A DNA stretch of 64,000 bases, taken from NCBI GenBank assembly GCA_938084645.1, contig CALKEP010000004.1, positions 1 through 64,000 of the forward strand, given 5' to 3'. Made by a program: the position numbers and the translations under genes. The notes beneath the pieces are model-generated. The model saw nothing but the letters and a program-made list of their open reading frames with translations, was not told the DNA's origin and searched no databases. Below, piece by piece: positions 39,717-49,508 of the stretch. Within the stretch, counting starts at the first letter, position 1; every line of letters begins with the position of its first letter. The stretch is from an uncultured Phycisphaerales bacterium. Lineage in GTDB: Bacteria; Planctomycetota; Phycisphaerae; Phycisphaerales; SM1A02.

Positions 39717-41135
39717 GTGATGAACGTTCGCATTCTCCACCACCACGTCATCCGGAGACGCATCCAAACCCGGCTTCCCTTCAAGTTCGGCGTCCAGGTC
39801 CTTCGATCCGTGCCCCTCGCGGAACTTCGGATCGAGGTGGAGACGAACGATGGACGACGTGGCATCGGTCGAGCATCGGACCTTCTGGTCCCCAAGTGGT
39901 TCGAGAAGAACCCCGATACCACGCCGGAAGCGGATTCGGAGGCGCTGGAGGTCAGCATCGAACGCGCGGCCGAGATCGCGCGAGCGGCCACCGACGCCGC
40001 CGGGCCGCATTCCGTCTTCGACATCGCCGAGATCGCCCGCTTCGAACGGGTCGGTTCGAGGGATCACCTCGACGCGGACGTTCTGGTTCGCGGATTCGGC
40101 GTCGCCATGATCGAACGCGCCCTCATCGACGCCGCCTGCCGCCTCGCCGGATGTTCGTTTCACGAGGCGGTGACCCAGGACCTCTTCGCCTTCCAAGCAG
40201 GCCGCCTGATCTCGGAAACCAGAGATTGGTCCCCCGCCGAACTGCCGACACCCGCGATGTCGATCGCGGTTCGTCACACCGTCGGCATGCTCGATCCGCT
40301 CACCACGGGCGAGATGCCCGCCTCCGAACGGATCGAGGACGGGCTTCCGCAGTCCCTTGAAGCGGTCATCGCCGCGTACGGGGTGCGTCGTTTCAAGGTG
40401 AAGATCGGCGACGACCATGCGGCCAATGCGGCGCGACTCCGCTCGATCGCCGCCGTCATCGAGGATCAAGTCGGTGACGACGCGGTGTTCACCCTCGACG
40501 GGAACGAACAGTGCGAGGATCTCGAAGCACTCGCCGGGATGCTGGAGGACCTGGGCCGCGATCCGAGAGCCGCGTGCCTGATCGAACGACTCGCCCTCGT
40601 GGAACAGCCGCTTCCCCGGCGAGAGACCTTCGATGAATCGCGGCGGGCGGGGATCGCCCGCCTGAGTCGCATCGCGCCGGTGGTGATCGACGAGGCCGAC
40701 GCCGATCGCGACGCGTTCCGACGCGCCGTCGACCTCGGCTACGCAGGCGTCAGCGTGAAGGCGTGCAAGGGCGTCTTTCGCGCCCTGGCGAATCGCGGCC
40801 TGGTCGAGATCCGTCGTGCCGCCGGTGATGGTCGCTGCTTCCAGAGCGGCGAGGACCTCACCAATCTCGGTTCGATTCCGCTGCAGCAGGATCTCGCCCT
40901 GCAGGCGACCATCGGCGTGCCCGACGTCGAACGAAACGGACATCACTACTTCCGCGGGCTCGATCATCTTCCGGAATCGACCGCGACCCGGCTCGCCCGG
41001 GAACTGCCGGGCCTCTACGTCACCTCGAACGGGATGACTCGTCTTCGCGTCGATGAGGGACGACTCGATCTCCGAGGCGTCGTCGACGGCGTCGGCTTCG
41101 GTGGCATCCTCGGCCCGCTCGATTCCACGGACTGA
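39717..41135 (+). CDS. Enolase-superfamily (mandelate racemase/MLE-like) enzyme, substrate unknown
   Basis: FKVKIG (KxK), LDGNE, VEQP, IDE, SVKACKG match the barrel-end residues of the MLE subgroup. Confidence 0.75.
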   Translation: MMNVRILHHHVIRRRIQTRLPFKFGVQVLRSVPLAELRIEVETNDGRRGIGRASDLLVPKWFEKNPDTTPEADSEALEVSIERAAEIARAATDAAGPHSVFDIAEIARFERVGSRDHLDADVLVRGFGVAMIERALIDAACRLAGCSFHEAVTQDLFAFQAGRLISETRDWSPAELPTPAMSIAVRHTVGMLDPLTTGEMPASERIEDGLPQSLEAVIAAYGVRRFKVKIGDDHAANAARLRSIAAVIEDQVGDDAVFTLDGNEQCEDLEALAGMLEDLGRDPRAACLIERLALVEQPLPRRETFDESRRAGIARLSRIAPVVIDEADADRDAFRRAVDLGYAGVSVKACKGVFRALANRGLVEIRRAAGDGRCFQSGEDLTNLGSIPLQQDLALQATIGVPDVERNGHHYFRGLDHLPESTATRLARELPGLYVTSNGMTRLRVDEGRLDLRGVVDGVGFGGILGPLDSTD

Positions 41136-41194
41136 CGCTCCCTTGCGGTAGAGTCTTCCGCAGACCGGTTCCCGCATTCCCCAAGAGACACCGC

Positions 41195-42667
41195 ATGGAC
41201 TTCACCCCACCGGGACGATTCAAGACCGCCGAGGACTTTCGCGATCGATGGCGTGAACTCGATTCCGATCGCGGACTCGATTGCGATCTCGAGGTGGGCG
41301 GCCCCGGGGATCCGCTCGCCGAGGCCTTCGAGTTCACGACCCCGGACGGTCCGCGCCGCGTGGGCAATCGATTCGTCGTGCACCCCATGGAGGGTTGGGA
41401 CGCGAACGACGACGGAAGCCCCAGTGACGACACCATCCGGCGCTGGCGACGCTTCGGCGAGAGCGGCGCGAAGCTCATCTGGGGCGGCGAGGCGTACGCG
41501 GTGCAACCCGACGGCCGCGCCAATCCCAACCAGCTGCATCTCAATCCCGATCCCGCGGTGGACGACGCCGCCAACCTCCGCACGCTGCTCGAGACGCTGA
41601 GGACCGCCCATCGCGATGCGTACGGATCGACCGACGATCTTCTGACGGGACTCCAGCTGACGCATTCCGGCCGTTTCAGTCGACCATCCGGCACCAGCAT
41701 GTCGCCCCGCATCGCCGAGCTGAACCCCGTGCTGTCGGCGAAGTACGGCCTCGACGCGAACGTCCACGTGCTCACCGACGGCGAACTGCGGGCGATCTCC
41801 GAGAACATGGTGAAGGCCGCGTGCCTCGCCGCCGACGTCGGCTTCGACTTCGTGGACGTCAAGTGCTGTCACGGATATCTCCTGCACGAGCTGCTGGGAG
41901 CCCACACCCGCGGCGGCGACTACGGCGGTTCGTTCGAGAACCGGACCCGGCTGTTCCGCGACACCGTGAGGGCGATCCGCGAGGAACGACCCGGACTGCT
42001 CGTCGGTTGCCGGGTGTCGATCACCGACACCTACCCGCTCTTCCGACGCGACGGCGACGCGATCGGACATCCGAAGGGCGTCGAGAACCACCTGCCCTGG
42101 CGGCACGGCTTCGGCGTGAACGCGATGGATCCCACCACCAGCGACTTCGCGGAACCGCAGGCGTTCCTCGAACTGTGTCGCGATCTCGGCGTGTTCGCCG
42201 CGAACCTCACGGTCGGCAGTCCCTACTACTGTCCGCACCTGCAGCGCCCGGCGGCCTACCCCCCGAGCGACGGATACCTGCCGCCGCGCGATCCGCTCTG
42301 CGAGGTCCAGCGACATCTGCACACCGTGCGAACGATCCGCGCCCTGGTGCCGGATCTGCCGTTGGTGGGCAGTGGATGGTCCTATCTGCAGGAGTGGCTT
42401 CCGAACGTGGCCCGGGTCGAGGTCCGACTCGGCATGGTCGACTTCGTCGGCCTCGGCCGATCCATGCTCTCGTATCCGACGCTGCCCGCCGACGTGGTCG
42501 CGGGCCGCCCCCTCGACCGCAAGCAACTCTGCCGGACCTTCAGCGACTGCACCACCGCGCCGCGGAACGGCATGATCTCCGGCTGCTACCCGCTCGACGA
42601 ACACTACAAGTCGATGCCCCAGGCCGTCGAACTCAAGGTGCTTCGCAAGGAGGCCTCGAAGGCATGA
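41195..42667 (+). CDS. NADH:flavin oxidoreductase (old yellow enzyme family)
   Basis: NRFVVHPMEG, QLTHSGR, GFDFVDVKCCHGYLLHELL, YGGSFENRTR, DFVGLGR. Confidence 0.9.
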   Translation: MDFTPPGRFKTAEDFRDRWRELDSDRGLDCDLEVGGPGDPLAEAFEFTTPDGPRRVGNRFVVHPMEGWDANDDGSPSDDTIRRWRRFGESGAKLIWGGEAYAVQPDGRANPNQLHLNPDPAVDDAANLRTLLETLRTAHRDAYGSTDDLLTGLQLTHSGRFSRPSGTSMSPRIAELNPVLSAKYGLDANVHVLTDGELRAISENMVKAACLAADVGFDFVDVKCCHGYLLHELLGAHTRGGDYGGSFENRTRLFRDTVRAIREERPGLLVGCRVSITDTYPLFRRDGDAIGHPKGVENHLPWRHGFGVNAMDPTTSDFAEPQAFLELCRDLGVFAANLTVGSPYYCPHLQRPAAYPPSDGYLPPRDPLCEVQRHLHTVRTIRALVPDLPLVGSGWSYLQEWLPNVARVEVRLGMVDFVGLGRSMLSYPTLPADVVAGRPLDRKQLCRTFSDCTTAPRNGMISGCYPLDEHYKSMPQAVELKVLRKEASKA

Positions 42668-44040
42668 CTGAATCGAATGACCGGAACATCGCCCGATTCG
42701 CGGAACTGGACGCCCGTCCACTGCCGGGCCGGATCGCGGGGTACCTGCGATACATGGGGCCGGGATATCTCCAGTCCGCGATGACCCTCGGGGGCGGCAG
42801 CGCCTTCGCCGCCCTGTTCAGCGGCGCCGCGTTCGGCTATCAGCTGCTCTGGGTCGCCCCCGCCGCGATGCTCCTCGGGGTCATCGTGATGAGTGCGATC
42901 GCCTGGCAGACCCTCTCGACGGGCGTCGATCCGTACGACGCCCTGAAGAAGCACGTCCACCCGGTCTTCGCGTGGGCGTTCGCATGGGGCGGCCTCCTGA
43001 GCTCGATCATCTGGCAGTTCGCGCAGTACGCGCTGGCCGCCGCGATGCTCTCCCTGCTGCTCGGGGTCGAGCCGTGGGTCGGGGGCCTCATCGCACTCGC
43101 CTGGTGCGTCGCGGTCGGCCTCCTGCATGGACGGGCACGCTCGTTCATCAGGACCTACGAAGTGATTCTCACCGGCATGGTGTGGTTCATCGTGGTCGCG
43201 ATGGCGGTGGTGGTCTTCCAGTCGGGAGTGCCCGATCTCGGCGACGTCGCGAAGGGGTTCATCCCGTCGATCCCGAACGACTGGACGGGAACGAACGCGG
43301 CCGGCGCGGAGACCTCCATCTCCGCGATGACCCTGGTCGTCTCCGGCCTCGCGGCGGCGGTCGGCGCGAACATGCTCTTCGTCTATCCCTACACGCTCCG
43401 CAAGAACGGCTGGGGTCGGGCCCACCGACGCCTCGCCCGATACGACCTCGTCTTCGGCATGTTCATCCCCTTCACCATCGCGGTGAGCCTGATGGTGATC
43501 GCGAGCGCCTCGGTGTTCCACTTCGGTGAAGGTGGATTCGCCGGTTCGAAGATCCACCCCGCGAAGGCGGCGGAGATCTTCGCATCCCCCGACCGGCTCG
43601 GTCCGGTGGTCGGCCTCTGGATCTTCGGGCTCGGAATCCTCGCGATGGCCCTGTCCTCGATCACCATGCAGATGCTCGCCTCGGGTTTCGCCGGCGTGAA
43701 ACTCTTCGGCGTCCGCGAGGACTCCGCCGGTCACAAGTTCTTCATCCTCCTCCCCGCCATCGGCGTGCTCGGGGCGATCTTCTGGTCCAACATCGCCCCC
43801 TGGGTGGCGGTTCCGACCAATGTGATCTGCGGACTCTTCCTGCCCGCGTCCTACCTCGGCTTCACCCTCCTGCAACGACGTCGCGAATACCTCGGTGAAG
43901 ACACGCCGAAGAACCCGCTCGCGACCTGGTGGATCGCCGGCATGCTGCTCGGCACCGCGGTGCTCACCGTGTTCCTCGCCACGGTGGTCGTCGAACAGGG
44001 ACCGGGATTCATCGAACGACTGGTGGGAAGCGCCGGATGA
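42664..44040 (+). CDS. NRAMP/SLC11-fold transporter, non-canonical, ~458 aa
   Basis: MGPGYLQSAMTLGGGS, GAAFGYQLLWV, about 11 TM helices. ATGA coupling to the OYE gene. Confidence 0.8.
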   Translation: MTESNDRNIARFAELDARPLPGRIAGYLRYMGPGYLQSAMTLGGGSAFAALFSGAAFGYQLLWVAPAAMLLGVIVMSAIAWQTLSTGVDPYDALKKHVHPVFAWAFAWGGLLSSIIWQFAQYALAAAMLSLLLGVEPWVGGLIALAWCVAVGLLHGRARSFIRTYEVILTGMVWFIVVAMAVVVFQSGVPDLGDVAKGFIPSIPNDWTGTNAAGAETSISAMTLVVSGLAAAVGANMLFVYPYTLRKNGWGRAHRRLARYDLVFGMFIPFTIAVSLMVIASASVFHFGEGGFAGSKIHPAKAAEIFASPDRLGPVVGLWIFGLGILAMALSSITMQMLASGFAGVKLFGVREDSAGHKFFILLPAIGVLGAIFWSNIAPWVAVPTNVICGLFLPASYLGFTLLQRRREYLGEDTPKNPLATWWIAGMLLGTAVLTVFLATVVVEQGPGFIERLVGSAG

Positions 44041-45278
44041 GGATCGAAGTCGACCTGCCTCAGGGACCACTCGCGATCGACGACGATCCATGGCGAGCAC
44101 TCCGGGACGGGGTCGACGCCGACGCTCCGCTTCCGCGCCTGTGTTACGCGGCGGCGCATGTCGTCATGCAACCCGAATACGCGGCGGTTCAGCATGCCGT
44201 CACGTCACCCGGAACCGCCGAGGCGATCGCGGCCCACGTCGACTGGGACGCGACGATGAACGTCAGGACGCGGATCGGCGCCACGGGGATGGGGATCGCC
44301 GAGGCGATGGACACCGCCCAGCGTTTCGACCTGGGCTGGGACGCGGCGCGGGAACTCATCGAACGGACCGGACGACTCGGACTGCCCGGAGGCTTCTGCG
44401 CCGGCGCGAGCACCGATCATCTCTCCCGCGCGGACACCACCACCCGGATCGTCGACGGCGTCGTCGAACAGATCGAGACGATCCGAAATGCCGGCGGCGT
44501 CGCGGTGATCCTTCCCATGCCGCGGCTGTGCGAACTCGGACTCGACGAGGACGGATTCGTCGCGGTCTACGGCGACATCGCCCGGGCCGCGGGCGACGGC
44601 CCGCTGATCGTCCACTGGCTCGGACCGATGTTCCTGGCCTCGCTCGAAGGCTACTTTCCGGGCGAGTCCTTCCTTCGAATCATGCGCAACGATCCGGACC
44701 GCTATCGGGCCGCCAAGTTGTCCATGCTCGATCACGAGCTCGAGGTGCGGCTGCGACGGGATCTCCTGCAACGCGACCAGATCATGCTGACCGGCGACGA
44801 CTTCCACTTCGGTCGACTCATCGCGGGAGAGGTCGAAGGAATCATGCCGGAGGAACGGATGGTCGAGTTCGACGGCCGGCTGGTTCCGATCGGCGACTTC
44901 AGTCACGCCCTGCTCGGGATCTTCGATGCGATCGCCGTCCCCGCCGCCCTCGCCCTGCGTCGCCTCGCGGCCGGCGACCGGACCGCCTACGACGCGATCA
45001 TGGATCCGTGCGAACGTCTCGGCCAGCGGATCTTCGAATCGCCGACGCACCAGTACAAGGTCGGACTGGCGTTCCTCGCGTGGTTGAACGGCCGTCAGGC
45101 GAACCCGATGCTGGTGAACCACCTGGAATCGGCGCGCGATGCGGCGCACCTCGAGGACGTCGCGCGACTGGCCTCGGAGAGCGGCGCGATCGAAGACGCC
45201 GAAGTCGCCGCGACCCGACTCGCCGCGTGGTCCACCGCGGTCCGCGACGGACACCTCGACGCCCTCACCCGGATGTGA
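44037..45278 (+). CDS. DUF993 family (DHDPS-like TIM barrel) protein, ~413 aa
   Basis: YAAAHVV, DWDAT, GIAEAMDTAQR, HWLGPMF, KLSMLD, TGDDF, FSHALLGIFD, YKVGLAFLAWLNG. Confidence 0.82.
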   Translation: MRIEVDLPQGPLAIDDDPWRALRDGVDADAPLPRLCYAAAHVVMQPEYAAVQHAVTSPGTAEAIAAHVDWDATMNVRTRIGATGMGIAEAMDTAQRFDLGWDAARELIERTGRLGLPGGFCAGASTDHLSRADTTTRIVDGVVEQIETIRNAGGVAVILPMPRLCELGLDEDGFVAVYGDIARAAGDGPLIVHWLGPMFLASLEGYFPGESFLRIMRNDPDRYRAAKLSMLDHELEVRLRRDLLQRDQIMLTGDDFHFGRLIAGEVEGIMPEERMVEFDGRLVPIGDFSHALLGIFDAIAVPAALALRRLAAGDRTAYDAIMDPCERLGQRIFESPTHQYKVGLAFLAWLNGRQANPMLVNHLESARDAAHLEDVARLASESGAIEDAEVAATRLAAWSTAVRDGHLDALTRM

Positions 45279-45353
45279 TTCCCGCGGGACGAGCGGCATC
45301 ACACCCCGTGCGGATCCGCACGTGAAGCCCCGGGGGGCGGTAACCTCGTCCGC

Positions 45354-46595
45354 ATGAACGAGACCTCCGAGGACGTCCCGGTCGAAGCCGCCGATCGCGG
45401 TGGCGTCGAACGACTTCTGGTCCGGGTCGCCGAAGCACTGCACGAGTCCGGGGCCCCGAGCTATCGCATCGAAGCCTCGGTCGCGGCCGTCGGCCGCCGC
45501 TTCGACATGGTGACCGCGGTCTTCGCGGTACCGACCGGCCTGACCCTCGGCCTCGGCCCGGTCGATCGCCAGAAGATGCGGATGATCAGGACGCGACCTC
45601 GGAGTCCGGCCCTGCAGCGGATGCGACTGGTGGACATCGTGATCCGTGATCTGGTCTCCGGTGACTGCGATGCCGGAACCGGGGTCCGGCGGCTCGACGA
45701 GATCGCCGCGAGTCCGTCGCCCTGGGGACGACGGGCCACGCTCCTCGCCTTCATGCTGACCGGGGCGGGCGTGGCGGTCCTTTCCGGAGGCACCATGTGG
45801 ACCGCGCTGGCGGCATCGATCGCCGCCGGTGGCGTCGCGCTGATCCTTCGCATCTTCGGAAGTTCGCCGCACCGCGCTCCGCTCGCGGACTTCGTCGCGG
45901 CGTTCGTCGCCGCCGTCCTGGCGAACGCCCTCGCGATCTGGTTCGGGTCCGATCCACGGTTGACGCTCATCGCCGCGATCATCGTCCTGGTGCCCGGACT
46001 CACGCTGACCATCGCGATGCGGGAACTCGCGATGGGTGAACTGACCGCGGGATCCGCCCGGTTGATGGGCGCCCTGACCACGTTCGTCGCGCTCGGCTTC
46101 GGCGCCGGACTCGGTGAGGGCGTCGGCGAACTGCTGTCGCCCGTCCAGGTGACCGAGGTGGCCACGGCCTCCCCCACGGTCTGGACCCTTCTTCCGGCGG
46201 TGGGTGCCGCTTCCATCGGCCTGATGATCCTCCTCGGCGAGATCCCGCGAATGACCCACTGGTTCCTCGCGGCCGTCCTCCTCGGCTGGGGGTCGATCCA
46301 GGTCGCGGCCCCCTTCGCCAGCCCCGAAGTGACCGCGGCGATCGCGGCCCTCGCGGTCGGGCTCGGAGGCAACCTCGCCAACCGCTTCCGAGGCGTGCCG
46401 ACCGCGCTCGTCGCGGTTCCCGGGCTCATCGTCCTCGTGCCCGGCGCCCTCGGACTCACGGGATTTCGAAGTCTGATGTCCGATGATCCGATCACCGGTC
46501 TCAACACCATCATCGACGCGATGCTGATCGGCGGCGGCCTCGTGGCCGGCCTCCTGGTCGCGGCGATGCTGCTTCCCCCGCGGACCGCGCTGTGA
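45354..46595 (+). CDS. Threonine/serine exporter (ThrE family)
   Basis: LHESGAPSYRIE, IIVLVPGLTLTIAMREL..G..TAGSARL, VPGLIVLVPG. Confidence 0.88.
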   Translation: MNETSEDVPVEAADRGGVERLLVRVAEALHESGAPSYRIEASVAAVGRRFDMVTAVFAVPTGLTLGLGPVDRQKMRMIRTRPRSPALQRMRLVDIVIRDLVSGDCDAGTGVRRLDEIAASPSPWGRRATLLAFMLTGAGVAVLSGGTMWTALAASIAAGGVALILRIFGSSPHRAPLADFVAAFVAAVLANALAIWFGSDPRLTLIAAIIVLVPGLTLTIAMRELAMGELTAGSARLMGALTTFVALGFGAGLGEGVGELLSPVQVTEVATASPTVWTLLPAVGAASIGLMILLGEIPRMTHWFLAAVLLGWGSIQVAAPFASPEVTAAIAALAVGLGGNLANRFRGVPTALVAVPGLIVLVPGALGLTGFRSLMSDDPITGLNTIIDAMLIGGGLVAGLLVAAMLLPPRTAL

Positions 46596-47590
46596 CGATC
46601 CTCCTTCCCACGAAGTGGACGCCGACGGCCCTCGCGATCCTCTTCCTGTCGACGCTCGTCGCCTGCACCACGACGACCGACTCCCGGAAGATCGCCGGGA
46701 CCTCGCCCGCGAACACCCGCGTCGACGAGGCGATCGCGCTCGCGATCCCCGTGCTGGAGCGGACCGATCCGGACACCGCGGCCCGCTGGCGGGACTGGCT
46801 CGCGTGCCCGGCGACGACCCGATCGATCCGAGGCACCGACGACCGGCCGATGTCGCTTCGATCGGTGCCGGGGCCCTTCGAGGCCACGGCGTACGCGGCC
46901 CCGATCCTCGACGCGCGAAGATCCCGCGACGAGACGCATCGCCACCCGATCCTCGGCGATCCATCGCACATCAAGGCGTCACACGCGCTCCCGATCCGCC
47001 GGGCGATCCCCGACGTCGTCGAGACGTCCGTGCCCGTGCTCGGCTGGGTCGCCGACGGACTCGACGCCTACCTCGCGGAGGTGAACGGCTCGACGGCGCT
47101 TCGGTTCCCCGACGGGACCATCGAATGCCTCGCGTGGTCGCGGACCAACGAGCGCGAGTACACGAGCCTCGGCCGTCGCATGGTCGAAACCGGAATCGCC
47201 GACGAGGATTCCATCGATCTCGACGTGATCCGGGCTCGACACGCCGAAGATCCGGAGACGGTCGAGCGACTGATGCTCGACAACGATCGCGTGGTGTTCT
47301 TCGAGATCGTTCCCGCCTCGGCCTGGCCCCGTGCCTCCACCGGCGTCCGGCTCGTTCCCCGTCACGCGGTGGCCGTCGATCCCGAGGTGATTCCACTGGG
47401 AAGCGTGCTGGTCATCGAGGGCCCCGACCTGAGGCCGACCGTGGTCGTCGCCGTCGACATCGGCGGTGCGATTCGTGGTCGCCGCCTCGACCTCTACCTC
47501 GGCGCCGGTGACCAGGCGCTGCAGGAGGCGGGACGCCTGAAGACCGACCTCCGCGTCTCGATCCTCGAGCCCGCGCACCGGAACCGGTGA
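46592..47590 (+). CDS. mltA: MltA-like lytic transglycosylase lipoprotein with 3D domain
   Basis: Lipobox LVAC; TAYAAP, EVNGS, YTSLGR, AVDPEVIPLG, DIGGAIRGRRLDLYLG. Confidence 0.8.
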   Translation: MTILLPTKWTPTALAILFLSTLVACTTTTDSRKIAGTSPANTRVDEAIALAIPVLERTDPDTAARWRDWLACPATTRSIRGTDDRPMSLRSVPGPFEATAYAAPILDARRSRDETHRHPILGDPSHIKASHALPIRRAIPDVVETSVPVLGWVADGLDAYLAEVNGSTALRFPDGTIECLAWSRTNEREYTSLGRRMVETGIADEDSIDLDVIRARHAEDPETVERLMLDNDRVVFFEIVPASAWPRASTGVRLVPRHAVAVDPEVIPLGSVLVIEGPDLRPTVVVAVDIGGAIRGRRLDLYLGAGDQALQEAGRLKTDLRVSILEPAHRNR

Positions 47591-47615
47591 ACGCCCGAGG
47601 CGGCGCAGGGTCCGC

Positions 47616-48806
47616 TCAACCGAGAATCAGTCGTTCGGCCCCGGACAGCATGGGGACCACCAGCCCACCGGCGATGAAGGCGAGGATCGCGGCGATCACG
47701 AGGACGAGCAGGACCTCGGTCGCGAGGATCAGCGGAACCCGCCCGGGTCCGCAGCCGATCAGGTGCATCGTCTCGATCTCGACGCTCCGCATGCGGATCG
47801 AGAGGGCGACCACCACCCCCACGAGCAGGAGCGTCGCGAATCCGACCACCGCGAGAACGCCCATCAGGATCCGCCGGACCCGGAAGACCTCGACGAGGAG
47901 TCGGTCCACGATCGCCGCGGCATCCACGAGCTGGAGCGGAAGTCGACCGACATCCGCCCGGCCGAGCAGGATCGTCCCACCCTTCGCGTCCCTGGGAATC
48001 ACGATCGCCGCGGTCACCGGCAGTTCCCCCGGTGGCGCATGGAAGTGGAAGCTCGAACGATTCTCATCCGTGATCTCCACGAACTCGCGGACCTTCGCGC
48101 TCGCGATGATGGCGTCGTCCTCGGTCCGGGCCATCACCAGCTCCGCATCGTCGGCTTCTTCGAGGTCGTCGTGGCCGTGGGCGAGACCACGGACGATCCA
48201 GGCGGTCGAGAGTCCCGTGAACACCGCCTCGTCGTCCGGCCCCCCGCTTTCACCGAGCACCCCGACCACCTCCATGCGAAGCGGGTACGCCCCGGCGAGA
48301 TCGAAGAACTCACGGGGTTCGGTGGTGATTCGATCGCCGACGACGACACCCTCGCGGGCGGCGACCGCCGCGCCGACCACGCATTCGCCCGCCGCGGCAT
48401 GGGCTCGCCCCGCGACGCACTCGAGGTTTCGGAAGTCGAGATAGCCGGGATCGGTGCCGACCAGCGGCACGTCGAGCACCCGGTCGCCGAGGACCAGGGG
48501 AAGAACCCGGGCGAGGTCGCCCTCGACCAGCGTCTCGATCTCCTCGGTTCGAAGCTCGCGATCGGGCGGCGATCTGAAGTAGAGCGCCGAGAGCACCAGA
48601 TCGATGGGTGCGCCCGGAGCACCGGCGACCAGCGGCGTCGCGGCGCCGCGGGCTCGCAGCGCTCGTTCTCCCGCCTGCACGAGGTTCTCCACCGCGATCG
48701 GCAGGAAGCCGACGATGAACAACGCCGCGATCAGCAGCGCCGATCGCTGGCGATGATGCAGCAGATGCCGACGTGCGAGGAACATCGAGTGCCGGATCGC
48801 GTTCAC
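47616..48806 (-). CDS. FtsX/MacB-like (type VII) ABC permease
   Basis: N-terminal TM, large periplasmic domain (PLVGTD, ECVVGA, VVGVL...DEAVF), three C-terminal TMs, His motifs AHGH and FHFH. Confidence 0.85.
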   Translation of the reverse strand: MNAIRHSMFLARRHLLHHRQRSALLIAALFIVGFLPIAVENLVQAGERALRARGAATPLVAGAPGAPIDLVLSALYFRSPPDRELRTEEIETLVEGDLARVLPLVLGDRVLDVPLVGTDPGYLDFRNLECVAGRAHAAAGECVVGAAVAAREGVVVGDRITTEPREFFDLAGAYPLRMEVVGVLGESGGPDDEAVFTGLSTAWIVRGLAHGHDDLEEADDAELVMARTEDDAIIASAKVREFVEITDENRSSFHFHAPPGELPVTAAIVIPRDAKGGTILLGRADVGRLPLQLVDAAAIVDRLLVEVFRVRRILMGVLAVVGFATLLLVGVVVALSIRMRSVEIETMHLIGCGPGRVPLILATEVLLVLVIAAILAFIAGGLVVPMLSGAERLILG

Positions 48807-49474
48807 GCGGGCACCTCCGTCCCGAGATCGATCACACGGTCGAACGCGTCGAGCAGGTCGTGGTCATGGGTCACCGCGAGCAGGGCCGCATCACGGTCCC
48901 GGGCGGCGCCGAGGAGGGCCTCGAGAATGACCCGCTTGTTCGATGGATCGAGGTTGCCGGTGGGTTCGTCGGCGAGCACGAGTCCCGGATCGGTGGCGAG
49001 GGCCCGGGCGATCGCGGTTCGTTGTCGCTCACCGTGACTGAGCCGACCGATCGGACGCCGTCGAAGGTGCCCGATGCCGAGCCGCTCCAGCAGATCGAGG
49101 ACCCGCGATCGAGCCGCGGCATCGGCACGAAGGCCACCGAGCCGGAACGGCAGCATCGCGTTCTCCTCGACGTCGAGATGGTCGAGCAGGCGGAAGTCCT
49201 GGAAGACGAATCCGATCGAACGGAGCCGAAGCGCCCGCATGGCGGCCTCGCCGAGTCCGGCCACGTCGACCCCGTCGAGCCGGACGGTCCCGGTGCGGGG
49301 CCGCAGCGTGCCGGCGGCGAGACGAAGCAACGTGGACTTGCCGCAGCCGCTCGGGCCGATCACCGCGACCGTCTCACCTCGCTCGACCGAGAGCCCCTCG
49401 AGTCGCAAGGTGAATCCGTCACCTTCCCCCCGGGCGGCGGGGTAGTCGAATTGGACGTCGTCGATGAGGAGCAT
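48803..49474 (-). CDS. ABC ATP-binding protein (LolD/FtsE-like), ~223 aa
   Basis: GPSGCGKS, IGFVFQDF, LSHGERQR, LADEPTGNLD, VTHD. Start reassigned to ATG 49474. Confidence 0.92.
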   Translation of the reverse strand: MLLIDDVQFDYPAARGEGDGFTLRLEGLSVERGETVAVIGPSGCGKSTLLRLAAGTLRPRTGTVRLDGVDVAGLGEAAMRALRLRSIGFVFQDFRLLDHLDVEENAMLPFRLGGLRADAAARSRVLDLLERLGIGHLRRRPIGRLSHGERQRTAIARALATDPGLVLADEPTGNLDPSNKRVILEALLGAARDRDAALLAVTHDHDLLDAFDRVIDLGTEVPA

Positions 49475-49508
49475 CGGAGTACGATACCGCACTCCAAGGG
49501 AGCCCCTC

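Noticed and set aside
41821..42663. N-terminal extension of the 739-aa transporter ORF
   Set aside because: An Arg-rich out-of-frame read of the OYE gene; the real start is ATG 42664.
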